A DNA stretch of 64,000 nt from a virus. Below the pieces are notes generated by a model. That model was not told where the DNA came from, ran no database searches, and saw nothing but the letters and a program-made list of their open reading frames with translations. Shown in pieces: positions 9,608-19,899 of the stretch (the stretch's first letter is position 1; each line of letters opens with the position of its first letter). Location: positions 38,033 to 102,032 of the IMG/VR virus record IMGVR_UViG_3300045988_094081, one strand, 5' to 3'. The position numbers were made by a program, and so were the translations under genes.

Positions 9608-12600
9608 ATGGAAAATAAGGAACAGACATTGGTAGAGAAATCAGGTTTCTTACCATCTACTGGATTAAGAGGGTATAATGCCGTAGTTCCTACGCGATAT
9701 GAAGAAGAATCTTCTCTTATTGAGGGAGCAAAAAGAGAGATGGAGAGGATGAAAGTAGGTTCATATACTCCCCCGGTATCAGCCATAAATCCTGATGATG
9801 ATTCAGAAAAAGGGTCTGATATTAGCGGAATAGATACTTCTTTTGATGTAGACACATCTTTTTCTGGACTAAAATCGGCTCTGAATGGTGGAGATGATCC
9901 AAGAAAGAAGAAAGAGGAGTCTTATAATAAGTTAAATTCCATGATAAAATCTATTCAAGATAAATCAAGGAATACTTATTCTGGTAAACAAACGTCTTAT
10001 GGTGAGGTTATAGCTGGTAATCAACAGTCATCTGCTGTTGATTTTGGTGTATTTGGTAAAGGAAGAACTATTAAGTTAGATGAAGCATATGACTTTTTAT
10101 CCGATGGGAACATCGGTCTTGCAAAGTTTAAAAGTTATATGCCAGGAAGGGATAATGAAGATTATTACGGAAGAAGGCAAACTACTTGGAATAAGGCTGT
10201 TAATGGTATAGGGAAACTTGTCACAAAAACAGCATTATATGGTGTATCAGGAGTAGTAGGTATTATCCCGGCTGCGTATAATCTTATAAAGACTGGTACG
10301 TTATCTTCTGCATTTGACAATGATTTTACACGGACCATAAATGATATAGATGAAAGAATAAACCACTCTCTTCCTCATTATTATACAAGAGAAGAGCGTG
10401 ATATGGGATTTTTGCAGAGTCTTGGAACTGCAAATTTTATTTTTAATGATGTTATTGGAAATGGTCTATCGTTTACGACAGGAGCTATTCTGTCTGCCTA
10501 CCTTACAGGTGGGATGGGCGTGTCAAGTCTTGGAGCTGTTGGCGCTAAAGTAGGGATGAGAGTGGCCGGAAAGATGGCGGCGTCTAAGATTGCGGCAAGT
10601 GCTGTAAAATCAGCTTTTGGAGCGTATAGAGCAGGAGCGATGTACGGCAGGGCTATAGGTAATATGGCCAAGGTAGGAGTAAATACGTTCGTGGGCGCCG
10701 GCTGGGAGTCTGCCGTGGAGGCTCAGTCCTTCATGAAAGACTCTGAAAGTAAATACAAGGAATATTTTAAAAATATGTATGGTCGGAATCCTAATCAGTC
10801 TGAGATGGCTGAATTTAAGAGTTCTATTTCCGATACGGCAAATAGCATATTTTTAGCTAATATGGGTATAGTTGGATTATCCAATTATCTTCTTCTGGGA
10901 AAATATCTTGGAGTAGACACTGGTTTTGCTTCTAAATACATACCTGGATTAAAGGGTGTATCAAACACATATAGGGGATCAAAGAGTTTTGTAGATCGCT
11001 ATTTGTTTGGATTAGGGACTAAGAAGGTAGCGGGTGATGCTGGAAGATTACAGACGGTAAAAGCAAATTTATTCCAGAAATCCTTAGCTACTGTTTGGAA
11101 TGTATCTAAAAGACCCATATCTGAAGGTGTATGGGAGGAAGGCATGCAAGGTGTTGCTCAGCGCATGGGGGAAGATTTTATTAGATCAAGATATGATAAG
11201 ACGTATCTTGATGCTACGTCTTCTATAGTTGATTCTTTTTCTAAGGCCATAGCTGAACAATTTACAACCAAAGAAGGATTGAAAGAGATTGGCATAGGAG
11301 CCCTGATTGGTGGTTTATTTGGAGCCAGAAATGGTGCTTTTGGTTTATATGAAAGGAGAAATAAAGAGCGTACTATTAATACTGATGTTGAGAAATTTAA
11401 TAGTAATAATGCTTTTACTTCTCAATCTGTAAAAGACTCTATGCGAAATTTAGCCGAATTTAATGCTCAAATGAATGATCCTGAATCAGATTATTATTCT
11501 AAATTTGAATTATCTGACAGAATGGGAATGTTAGAGGATACGGCTAACAATTTCAGGTCAATGGTTAAAAGCCTTGACGAAAGTGAGTTGGCTTCTGAAA
11601 TGAAAGTAGATGAAGAAACTGTTAAAAAATACAAGGAAGATATTATAAAAGATTTTGATAAGAAGTTAGCCAATTATAAAAAAGCTTCTTCTTTTGCTGA
11701 GGCTATTACTGCTGAGACTTCATCCGATCTTTATCGATCTAATGTTGCTAATGCTGTGTTTAAGGGGTTGGATGCAGAGGATATAGCAATGGAAGCATCA
11801 AATGATATTGCTGATTATGTAAATGACAATAATTTGTTTGATGATATAAATACGTTTTATTCATTATCAAGTCAAGCTTTTGATACAGCTAATCAGTTAA
11901 GGGAATTGCGTAATGAGATCAATGATCTGAATGCTGAAATAGAGAGGTTGGCTACAACTCCGAGAAGAGTAGAGGATGGCAATGATACCGAAGCAGAGGC
12001 TATAAAACAAAAAACTATTAAATACGATAATCTTAATAAGGAATATAGAAGGTTGTCAGAAGATCTTCTTAGTAGTTATAAAGAAGTATTTTATTCTTTT
12101 GATCCTGGAGTATCAGCTCTTGAGTTGTTTAAATCCGAAACAATAACTGCTGAAGATATATTGAAGGCTTATGACTCTGTTGCTTCTTTAAGCACTTATA
12201 TCGAGAACAATAAGGGGAAGAAAGAAGCAGAGGATTTAAGAAAGATGGTGGTAAAATACCAGCAAGCTATTACCCAATATAAGGTTCTACGGTCATTCAT
12301 GAACTCCATGCAGGATAAGAAATTTATGAGACACGATTTTTCTTTATTCTCTAAGTTCTTAAATGATATAGTGTCATCCGATACCAAGCCTATAGAAAGT
12401 GATCGTTTTTATCAGAACCAGGAAGGAAACAATATCAGTTTAGATGAAAAAATAAATGAACTCCTGAATAATGGTGAAATAGATTCAGATGAGGCATTTA
12501 CAATGAAAGTATTTGGTCATTTAAATGATGGTATAATTCAGAAGCCGAAAGAGGATATATTGTCTGATTTTGATTATGAGTTGGCTATGGAAGATCTTTC

Positions 12601-15600
12601 GTCTGCACCTATAGAGGTTAGAGAACGTATAGTAGACAAGATATATACAGGTAATCAAGATCTTTTATCTCCAAGAGAGAAGGAGATATATGAAAAGTAT
12701 AAACAGGATATTGATGATTATATATCAAATCTTGGTGATAGTCCGGCTAAGATGATAAAAGATTTATCAGATAAAGTTAGGAGACTTACTGAGCCTCGAT
12801 CTGTGTATGAGGATAATAAAGCTATTATTGATATGGCTAAATCCAATTTGGAACCAGATCAAAGGAAGGAACTTGATGATGCTATTTCTTTGTATGTTGA
12901 TATAATGAACAGACGAGATAAAGGGGAGAAAGTTGACGAAGATAAGCTTGCCGATTCGGTATTTACCATAGAAGATCTTGGCCAGGTTGGAAACATCACG
13001 GATCTCCTTCCTTATATCGAACAGAACAGGATTATTGATAAAGGTCGTATTTCCGAATCTACGTTAAGTAATTTTGGGGAGGATGATGCTAATATAGATT
13101 CTCTTGTAAATGAATTAGACGAATCTGATAATACGCCGGGAGCCAATATAGATAGCGCCCAGAATCCAGAGACGTTGATGGTAAGAAGAATCTCCAACGA
13201 CGGCAATGAAAGGTATGAAATTGCCGGTCTTAGAGCCGATAAATTTATATCTTCTATAAAATCATTGGTTCCTATTCAAATAAGCTCTGAAACGAACGCT
13301 AATGGTACTAAAAGGTATTCTCTTAACATAGGTGGAGAAACGGCTACTATAATTGAACTTCCTTATCATGCGAGATGGTCTATAGATAAAGAATCGGCTC
13401 GTGTTCTTAACCGTTACACAGATGTGTCTATTCAGGACGTGGGTAATTCCTATTCTTTGGTTTATAAGCGTCTTGATTCAGATGAGTTGGTTTCGTACAG
13501 AACGGGTGTCGGATTCGGAGAGAATGAAGTAGATAAAATAGATCAGGAAGCATTATCTTCTTTGAAAAAAGGAGATAAGGTTAATCTCGAAATAGATGTA
13601 AATGATACCTATAATCAGTCTCTTTTTGCCGAATACAATGATGCTGTTCAGTCCGGCGATAAAAAAAGAATAGAATCTGCTGAAAATAAACTGGTATCCA
13701 ATATGGTTATTAAGGTTATGAGTGGGAATAGATTCGTTTCTGTTGTAAAAGCTGACACAGGGGGCATAGATGGTATAAGTAAGATAAGAAGAACGGCTTT
13801 CAACAAGTGGAAGAAGGACGCCGGCCGGTCGGCTACCATCAGCGTCGGCACGCATGTTGTTGCCCAGACCCTTCCCGGAAGACCGGTGTTTAACATGAAG
13901 GTGAACGGTCAAGGATATGGCCAGGTAGAAAATCTCCCTATTACCGAAAAAGGTGCTGAAAAAGTATCTGATGTCGGATATGTATTAAATGGCAAAGTCG
14001 TGCTTAAGAACGGCTCTAAATACACAGGCTTCCCATTTGCTTATTCTATATTAAATGACAAGGGGAATAATTACAAAAATGTAAGAGTTCCGGTAGTTGT
14101 CATCAAAGGCAAAAACGGTCTTAATTATCTTTTCCCGGTTAGTCTACGTTCTGTGGAATCAGAGGAAGGAAAGAAATGGATTTCTTTTATAGATATGCTG
14201 CTTGAATCCGGTGACTCTGAATTGTTACAGATGGGTCAAGATGACATACAAGATCTTAATGCGTATCTAACCAAGTTAGGTCTTGATCCAGCTTCGTATC
14301 AAGTATCGTATTTGAATCCTATTTCAGGTCTTAGAAAAGCTCGTGAGGCTATAGAAAAATTATCTACAGTTCCTGATGTTGTTAAGTGGGTAGAAGATGA
14401 AAGTAGGAGTGTGAAAGACATTGTGACGTCTGAAGTAGAATCTGGAATAGATTTCGAAGGTGAGATGTTTGTTGCTCCTAAGATCAGGATTCAGTTTGGT
14501 AAATCATCTTCCAGACCTAAATCACTTATAGAAGATGATCTCCCTTTCTCCGATGAGGGTAAGACCGTTACTTCCAAGGAAGATGTGGATATTTACGAAG
14601 AGGAAATGCCAGAGGAAGACCCTGTCCGGGGGACTCGGCCGGCGCCACCAGCTCAGCCGGCTCCTGCGGCACAAGCTACGCAGTCCTTACATGGCAAGAA
14701 GCGCACCTCCAGAAAAAACTTCTCTCTTATGTTAAACGAAATGGAATCTCATATAGAAAAAGAAGGGTTGCCGCCTTATGCTAATATTTTTGATTTTATA
14801 GCAAGGAAGATTGTAGGAGGTGATTTGAGATTTCTTCGTGAGAGAGGTAATCCTAAAAGTCTTAAGGAGGAAATGGGATTAGAACCTAAAGGAACAGTAG
14901 GTGATAAAATATCCACTCCTTCTAAAAAGGGAGGTAAGACCTTAGAAGAATATGTTTCTTGGCTTCGTTCTCAAACGGATCAGGTAGTAGCGGATTATGT
15001 TGGTCCAAGATCTGACGAACAAATTATATCAGAGTTGAAAAACTTTTTGAAATATATTAATTTTGTTCCAAGCAAGGCTTTGAATTATTCTCTTAGAATC
15101 AATGGCATGGATACCCTAAAAGAATATGGCACAAAAGAGGAAGTAGAAAAAATGGAATCTGACATCAATAGTTTGGTTTCTGAAGTTTTGCCTACGGTAG
15201 ATAATCAAACTGTAGAAGATGTTTCTACTGCAATAGAATCAAATAACTTGCCTGCCATATGGGAGCCCATGGAAAGCCTTGATATGACAAACGAGGAAAA
15301 AATAGAGTTTTTGAATAACGTAGCAGATTTCCTTAGCGGCATTCCAGAGTATGACGCTGTTGTGGAGTCTATAGAGTCAGAATCAGATAATATTTCAAAT
15401 AATGGAAAAGAAGGAAGTGCAGAAGGCGGTGCAGTACGCACTGAGGAAGATGGCGATAAAAAGGGAGATGGAGAAGGCAAAGGACAATCCAGAACAAATG
15501 TCGAAGTTAAAGGAAATGTCGAATTACCTGGATCTAAAGAAGGAAGAGTAGATAACTATAGGAAGAACGGAGATAAGTTCTCTGACATTGCTGAAGTTAC

Positions 15601-16327
15601 CTTATGGTTACTTAGAAGGGCTGCCGGCATAACCTCTATCCCGGAAGGAGAAGAGGTTTATGTAGAGGGAGATGAGGTTAATAGCATTATGACCGATATG
15701 GAATCAAGGTACGGGATAGACACCATCAACCACTCGCATACGACTAAGGCTATAAGGGATCTTAACGGCGTATCAGGTTATAAAGTAGAATACGGCTTAA
15801 CCTTTTTAACATACGATCCTTTTATTAGGATATCCAATCCAAGGAAAGAATCTAAGACTGCAAAAAACGAACCTCGTATATCCGAAGAGCCGCTTATTCA
15901 CATATCAAGGGTAACAACCCCTTATTTCCTGTACGGCGGTGATGAAGCATATACATCTGTTCCGGCTAAGGTAGAACCTATACCAGAGAAGATAATGGGT
16001 CGTAATGGCATTAAATTTGGTATGAGCGTAGTCGAGCTGACCAAATTAGGGTACAAAAAAGCTGGTGGAAACTGGATATACAAATTCTACATGAACTCAG
16101 GTGTTTATGATTTGTATAATATCAGTACCGGCGAAGCGTTTAGAGCAAAACCGGATCTTGGAGTTAAGATAAGTTCCAGCGCATTCATCCGTTCTTTATC
16201 TCAATCTGGTAGAAAAATACAAAATATGATGAGTAACATGAGCCAGGAAGAGATAGATAGGAATAAGAATCTTGTAGAAGGTTCTGATAATTCGGATTCG
16301 ATAAATGAGTTAAATAAGGAGTGTTGA
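9608..16327 (+). CDS. Giant protein (2239 aa), presumed virion/ejection cargo. No polymerase motif found.
   Basis: 6.7-kb uninterrupted ORF. Low-complexity acidic and Pro/Ala linker regions (PAPPAQPAPAAQA, EEDGDKKGDGEGKG). No DxDGD motif. Confidence 0.8.
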   Translation: MENKEQTLVEKSGFLPSTGLRGYNAVVPTRYEEESSLIEGAKREMERMKVGSYTPPVSAINPDDDSEKGSDISGIDTSFDVDTSFSGLKSALNGGDDPRKKKEESYNKLNSMIKSIQDKSRNTYSGKQTSYGEVIAGNQQSSAVDFGVFGKGRTIKLDEAYDFLSDGNIGLAKFKSYMPGRDNEDYYGRRQTTWNKAVNGIGKLVTKTALYGVSGVVGIIPAAYNLIKTGTLSSAFDNDFTRTINDIDERINHSLPHYYTREERDMGFLQSLGTANFIFNDVIGNGLSFTTGAILSAYLTGGMGVSSLGAVGAKVGMRVAGKMAASKIAASAVKSAFGAYRAGAMYGRAIGNMAKVGVNTFVGAGWESAVEAQSFMKDSESKYKEYFKNMYGRNPNQSEMAEFKSSISDTANSIFLANMGIVGLSNYLLLGKYLGVDTGFASKYIPGLKGVSNTYRGSKSFVDRYLFGLGTKKVAGDAGRLQTVKANLFQKSLATVWNVSKRPISEGVWEEGMQGVAQRMGEDFIRSRYDKTYLDATSSIVDSFSKAIAEQFTTKEGLKEIGIGALIGGLFGARNGAFGLYERRNKERTINTDVEKFNSNNAFTSQSVKDSMRNLAEFNAQMNDPESDYYSKFELSDRMGMLEDTANNFRSMVKSLDESELASEMKVDEETVKKYKEDIIKDFDKKLANYKKASSFAEAITAETSSDLYRSNVANAVFKGLDAEDIAMEASNDIADYVNDNNLFDDINTFYSLSSQAFDTANQLRELRNEINDLNAEIERLATTPRRVEDGNDTEAEAIKQKTIKYDNLNKEYRRLSEDLLSSYKEVFYSFDPGVSALELFKSETITAEDILKAYDSVASLSTYIENNKGKKEAEDLRKMVVKYQQAITQYKVLRSFMNSMQDKKFMRHDFSLFSKFLNDIVSSDTKPIESDRFYQNQEGNNISLDEKINELLNNGEIDSDEAFTMKVFGHLNDGIIQKPKEDILSDFDYELAMEDLSSAPIEVRERIVDKIYTGNQDLLSPREKEIYEKYKQDIDDYISNLGDSPAKMIKDLSDKVRRLTEPRSVYEDNKAIIDMAKSNLEPDQRKELDDAISLYVDIMNRRDKGEKVDEDKLADSVFTIEDLGQVGNITDLLPYIEQNRIIDKGRISESTLSNFGEDDANIDSLVNELDESDNTPGANIDSAQNPETLMVRRISNDGNERYEIAGLRADKFISSIKSLVPIQISSETNANGTKRYSLNIGGETATIIELPYHARWSIDKESARVLNRYTDVSIQDVGNSYSLVYKRLDSDELVSYRTGVGFGENEVDKIDQEALSSLKKGDKVNLEIDVNDTYNQSLFAEYNDAVQSGDKKRIESAENKLVSNMVIKVMSGNRFVSVVKADTGGIDGISKIRRTAFNKWKKDAGRSATISVGTHVVAQTLPGRPVFNMKVNGQGYGQVENLPITEKGAEKVSDVGYVLNGKVVLKNGSKYTGFPFAYSILNDKGNNYKNVRVPVVVIKGKNGLNYLFPVSLRSVESEEGKKWISFIDMLLESGDSELLQMGQDDIQDLNAYLTKLGLDPASYQVSYLNPISGLRKAREAIEKLSTVPDVVKWVEDESRSVKDIVTSEVESGIDFEGEMFVAPKIRIQFGKSSSRPKSLIEDDLPFSDEGKTVTSKEDVDIYEEEMPEEDPVRGTRPAPPAQPAPAAQATQSLHGKKRTSRKNFSLMLNEMESHIEKEGLPPYANIFDFIARKIVGGDLRFLRERGNPKSLKEEMGLEPKGTVGDKISTPSKKGGKTLEEYVSWLRSQTDQVVADYVGPRSDEQIISELKNFLKYINFVPSKALNYSLRINGMDTLKEYGTKEEVEKMESDINSLVSEVLPTVDNQTVEDVSTAIESNNLPAIWEPMESLDMTNEEKIEFLNNVADFLSGIPEYDAVVESIESESDNISNNGKEGSAEGGAVRTEEDGDKKGDGEGKGQSRTNVEVKGNVELPGSKEGRVDNYRKNGDKFSDIAEVTLWLLRRAAGITSIPEGEEVYVEGDEVNSIMTDMESRYGIDTINHSHTTKAIRDLNGVSGYKVEYGLTFLTYDPFIRISNPRKESKTAKNEPRISEEPLIHISRVTTPYFLYGGDEAYTSVPAKVEPIPEKIMGRNGIKFGMSVVELTKLGYKKAGGNWIYKFYMNSGVYDLYNISTGEAFRAKPDLGVKISSSAFIRSLSQSGRKIQNMMSNMSQEEIDRNKNLVEGSDNSDSINELNKEC

Positions 16328-16329
16328 GT

Positions 16330-16860
16330 ATGAGAAGGAGATTTTTTAATGCTGCGGATAATTTTGTGGGAGGATGTTATAATAAGTTATCTAATGAAGA
16401 TATAAAAAGGCTTGGAGGAAAAAGACCTTATGTATGTCAGTTTAATAAAATTCATATACATATAGGGCCTGTATTAAAAGATTATGATTCCGAAGAAAGT
16501 TATATAATGTTTAATAGTGATTGGAATCATGGTGGTTATGAATCTATGGTTTATCATCATAGCAATAATGGCATTTTTATATTAGGTGAAAACAAAATTG
16601 GTAATATAGAAGATCATATACAGGATCTAACATATTGGTACGAATATGATCCAAACATTAATGAAAATTATTGTTATTGTTATTATGAAGCTGATAACAG
16701 CGGAAATGCTATTAAGTTGAGCCGTGAGTTTGGTGATGTTTGCACTGTTTTTAATATTCCCAGTTTGAAAGTTACTACTCTTCGTGATGGCGGTTTGAGT
16801 TTCCCAGAGATTTATATAGAAGGAGTTTGGGATTCGTCATTGTATAAGTCGGTTTTATAA
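16330..16860 (+). CDS. Hypothetical protein (176 aa)
   Basis: The ORF-track start at 16321 is GTG. The ATG at 16330 lies 8 nt after an AGGAG. A Cys/Tyr-rich region is present (NENYCYCYYEADN). Confidence 0.55.
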   Translation: MRRRFFNAADNFVGGCYNKLSNEDIKRLGGKRPYVCQFNKIHIHIGPVLKDYDSEESYIMFNSDWNHGGYESMVYHHSNNGIFILGENKIGNIEDHIQDLTYWYEYDPNINENYCYCYYEADNSGNAIKLSREFGDVCTVFNIPSLKVTTLRDGGLSFPEIYIEGVWDSSLYKSVL

Positions 16861-16886
16861 TTAACTTTGCAAAAAAGTTAATTATT

Positions 16887-19145
16887 ATGGGTGTCAAATG
16901 TCAGATAGAAAAAAAGGAAAATGAAATAAAACGGGTTAAGGCTCCTAACGGGGAGCCTTCCGTTCTTTACGAAAGTGCTTTAAAGGTATTAGGAAACAGT
17001 GAGCGGGCTCTTCAGGTATGGGCTAAGGCTTACACTCCTGGTTTTTTGTCGTATTACGGTCATTGGAATAACCCGGCTCCAGGGGAGATGTTTAATACCG
17101 ATCCCAATGGCGAACCTCTTTTAGAAGACGTGCTGTCGTATATGAAGCGTCAGACTTATTTTGCTGATCCTTTAACGGCTCAGGACATTAAGGATGTAAG
17201 GGATTTCCTTTTGTCTACTCATTATTTTTTCAATGCGTCTTCATTGTCTAATGCTATCCTCTTCGATTTTTATGTAGATGGCAGTTTGATACTGAATGAG
17301 CAGAAATTAAGGAGATCCGGTTTGTATGATGAAACAGAGATAAGTCGTATCTTATCCGATCCTTCTGTTTTAAATGAGGTTTCGACTTCCATGAGAAAGT
17401 TAATAGATTGTTCTATTAACGAACATGATAGGGAAAAGGATAATTATTTTATGTCTGTTGACTATCAGTATGGTCCTATTGTTTACAAGGAGGGAGTGTT
17501 TAACCAATTTGGTAAAAAAGTGCCATATAATCCTTCTGAGCTTTATTATGCTATGCGTAAAACAGTAGCCGGCATAAAAAACTTTTCTGAATTTTCATCT
17601 GCTTTTGAATCGTTGAGAAACTCATATCCTGAACTGGTTGAGAAATTCGTTTCTGATAAAGAATTTGCCGAATCTATGTTTGATGAGTTTTCATCTACGA
17701 ATAAGATTCCGGTAATAAACATAGAAGGGGATGATATGGTAGAAGGCAAGAGAAGATCTTTGTCTAAGCTACAAGATCTTTCTTATTACAATTCCGGCAA
17801 AATAGAGTTCCTAAGAGCTCGTATATCAGCTTATTTACATAGGGTTAATGCCGACACCGAATCCGATTTAAGAAGCATGATATGGGATATAGAAGAGGCT
17901 TGTACGTGGTTTGGCATAGATATAATAGGGACATCGGAAACTTATGATGGCACAGAAGAATCTTTGAATAAGATAGATAATTTGATGCTGGATCTTGATA
18001 TTTATGTGGCCAGGCACAATGATGTAAATTATGCTCCTACGTTGGCATCTTCTATTGATGATGTTCTTGGTGATAGTACAGACTATTATTTTGGATTATT
18101 GCCGGAGTATATGGATAATTTGAATATCGTTTATTCTGAATCCAATATAGACCCAGTAGAAGCATTTGAGAAACATTCATTGCTTAAGGTAGGAGATAAT
18201 CTATATCAAAGGATCAGCAAAGATGATCTTAACGAGATGTATCAAATATCAACAGTGTTAGCCAAGCACAACCTAACTCACTTTCCTGCTAAAATATATC
18301 CTGAATCTTGTTTTAAGAACGGCGTTTTGGATAAAGAGAAAGTACGGAACGTAGATGATAATACGCTCATGGATTCCATTAAAAAATACGTCAGATCGTT
18401 CATGGATTCTCAGAACACGGAGGACATGGTAATGACCAGGATGGCGTTTGGGCATCCGGCGGTACTTGATGTTTCTTACGCGGATGTGGATCGGGAATTT
18501 AGTCGGTACATGAACAAAAAACAAGATAGCGAAAACCCATTATCCTTATTCGATTTATACCAATATTACCTTGACAACAAACTCCATAAAACAAAATTAT
18601 ATGATAATGCCTATAAGTATCTTGACTTCAAATCTGGTCCATCTTTGGGTCTTATTTCTGATGATCCTGATATTTTGAAATCAATAGAATTATCTTTATC
18701 TGGAAAAGACAGGTTGATGTTGTTTGATTATAGCATGACCAGCACCGACCCTTTTTTATCAAAATTGTTTTATTTGGATAGGTATGACCCTTCGTATGCC
18801 GAGAATGATTTTGAACACTATTTTTACACCAGGCACCCGTATCTGTTAAAAGAAAAATCGGGCCCTAATATCGTAGAGCAAGATGGTGTTATAACAGCCG
18901 AAGGTATTTATGATAATTTTATAAGAGTAGGTAATAAGATATGGTCTAAAGTAAGCGAAAGTAGTTCCGGCTCTATCTACCAAAATCTGACAGGGACCGA
19001 ATCGGAGGTGAAATACGATTCTACCCAGAAGGCTAAGACAGTAGAAACCGATTACGCTCCATACCAAAACAGATCTGGCTTGACGCAAGACATGACTGTA
19101 AGCAAGTCTGAATTAGGTGATCTTAATAAATTAGAATGTAGGTAA
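16887..19145 (+). CDS. Large hypothetical virion-associated protein (752 aa)
   Basis: Long ORF, last gene of the giant-ORF run, followed by a cluster of terminator hairpins. Confidence 0.7.
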   Translation: MGVKCQIEKKENEIKRVKAPNGEPSVLYESALKVLGNSERALQVWAKAYTPGFLSYYGHWNNPAPGEMFNTDPNGEPLLEDVLSYMKRQTYFADPLTAQDIKDVRDFLLSTHYFFNASSLSNAILFDFYVDGSLILNEQKLRRSGLYDETEISRILSDPSVLNEVSTSMRKLIDCSINEHDREKDNYFMSVDYQYGPIVYKEGVFNQFGKKVPYNPSELYYAMRKTVAGIKNFSEFSSAFESLRNSYPELVEKFVSDKEFAESMFDEFSSTNKIPVINIEGDDMVEGKRRSLSKLQDLSYYNSGKIEFLRARISAYLHRVNADTESDLRSMIWDIEEACTWFGIDIIGTSETYDGTEESLNKIDNLMLDLDIYVARHNDVNYAPTLASSIDDVLGDSTDYYFGLLPEYMDNLNIVYSESNIDPVEAFEKHSLLKVGDNLYQRISKDDLNEMYQISTVLAKHNLTHFPAKIYPESCFKNGVLDKEKVRNVDDNTLMDSIKKYVRSFMDSQNTEDMVMTRMAFGHPAVLDVSYADVDREFSRYMNKKQDSENPLSLFDLYQYYLDNKLHKTKLYDNAYKYLDFKSGPSLGLISDDPDILKSIELSLSGKDRLMLFDYSMTSTDPFLSKLFYLDRYDPSYAENDFEHYFYTRHPYLLKEKSGPNIVEQDGVITAEGIYDNFIRVGNKIWSKVSESSSGSIYQNLTGTESEVKYDSTQKAKTVETDYAPYQNRSGLTQDMTVSKSELGDLNKLECR

Positions 19146-19191
19146 TTTTCATGTAATATAATTAGTTTTTTTTACATTTACACTTCTGGGA

Positions 19192-19220
19192 GTGAGGCTT
19201 GTGAAAGTCTCACTTTTCTT
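19192..19220 (+). terminator. Hairpin GTGAGGCTT...AAGTCTCAC followed by TTTTCTT
   Basis: Read directly; 9-bp stem with one mismatch, then a T-run. Confidence 0.45.
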
Positions 19221-19287
19221 ATATATGCACATATATCAGCAACATACAAGAAAAGTCAGACTTTCGTTGTTTTTGGATTATTTTTAT

Positions 19288-19295
19288 TAAGTTTG
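19288..19295 (+). promoter_or_regulatory. TAAGTTTG, a TAnnTTTG-type -7 box in the intergenic region
   Basis: Exact motif match. Confidence 0.3.
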
Positions 19296-19649
19296 CAATA
19301 TTAGTTTCAGGAAGGGATTATAGAAAAAAAGGAAGGTAAGAACAGAACGTAACTAATAACGGTAGGAAATGAGAATCAGTACCATCAAACGTAATAACAG
19401 CATTCATCTTATGTATAAAAACATTATGAATGATTTAGGTCAATTAAGAACTGTAGTTTCAAAATCCTATATTTATAATCTGATACGAAATCAAACCGGA
19501 TTAAGTATCAGAACTATATCCCATGTCTTGAATCACACGAAAGAACAGGATACAGATTCTTTGTGAAAACCATACATTTTCATACATTTGTGTGTTCTTT
19601 AGTTTTTAGATTTAAGTTTTTCATGGTATTAGTTTAGATTAGTGTAGAT

Positions 19650-19688
19650 CAGGGTTCGCAGTGATGCGGGCCCTGGTTTGTTTTACAG
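19650..19688 (+). terminator. Hairpin CAGGGTTCGCA-GTGA-TGCGGGCCCTG (G-U wobble pairs at the RNA level) followed by GTTTGTTTT
   Basis: 11-bp stem if read as RNA with two G-U pairs, followed by a T-rich tail. Confidence 0.45.
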
Positions 19689-19732
19689 TGCTTTACCCAA
19701 AATGGGAAAGGCAAAAGTTTATGATTATCAGG

Positions 19733-19765
19733 TTTTCCCCTTAAATGGGGGAAAATTAATTATTG
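19733..19765 (+). terminator. 8-bp perfect hairpin TTTTCCCC-TTAAAT-GGGGAAAA
   Basis: Read directly. A T-rich tract follows after a short spacer. Confidence 0.35.
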
Positions 19766-19899
19766 TGTATTATACTTCCGTTTTTGCTGAAAATACTTCT
19801 CTTCTATAGGAAACAAACACACCTGTATTCCACCCTGCAATCATGATCTTTGTTACGTGCTTCATGCACGTATGTTTAACAATTAAATACTATAAAATT

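Noticed and set aside
4779-15480. Numerous 60-160-aa antisense ORFs inside the giant genes (e.g. 5699..5992, 6102..6590, 7648..7950, 9457..9855, 13553..13912, 15205..15480)
   Set aside because: They are embedded in uninterrupted multi-kb ORFs on the opposite strand, as expected by chance in AT-rich sequence.
19369-19566. 65-aa ORF in the terminator-rich intergenic region
   Set aside because: It lies between stacked terminator hairpins and has no promoter context. It is probably non-coding.
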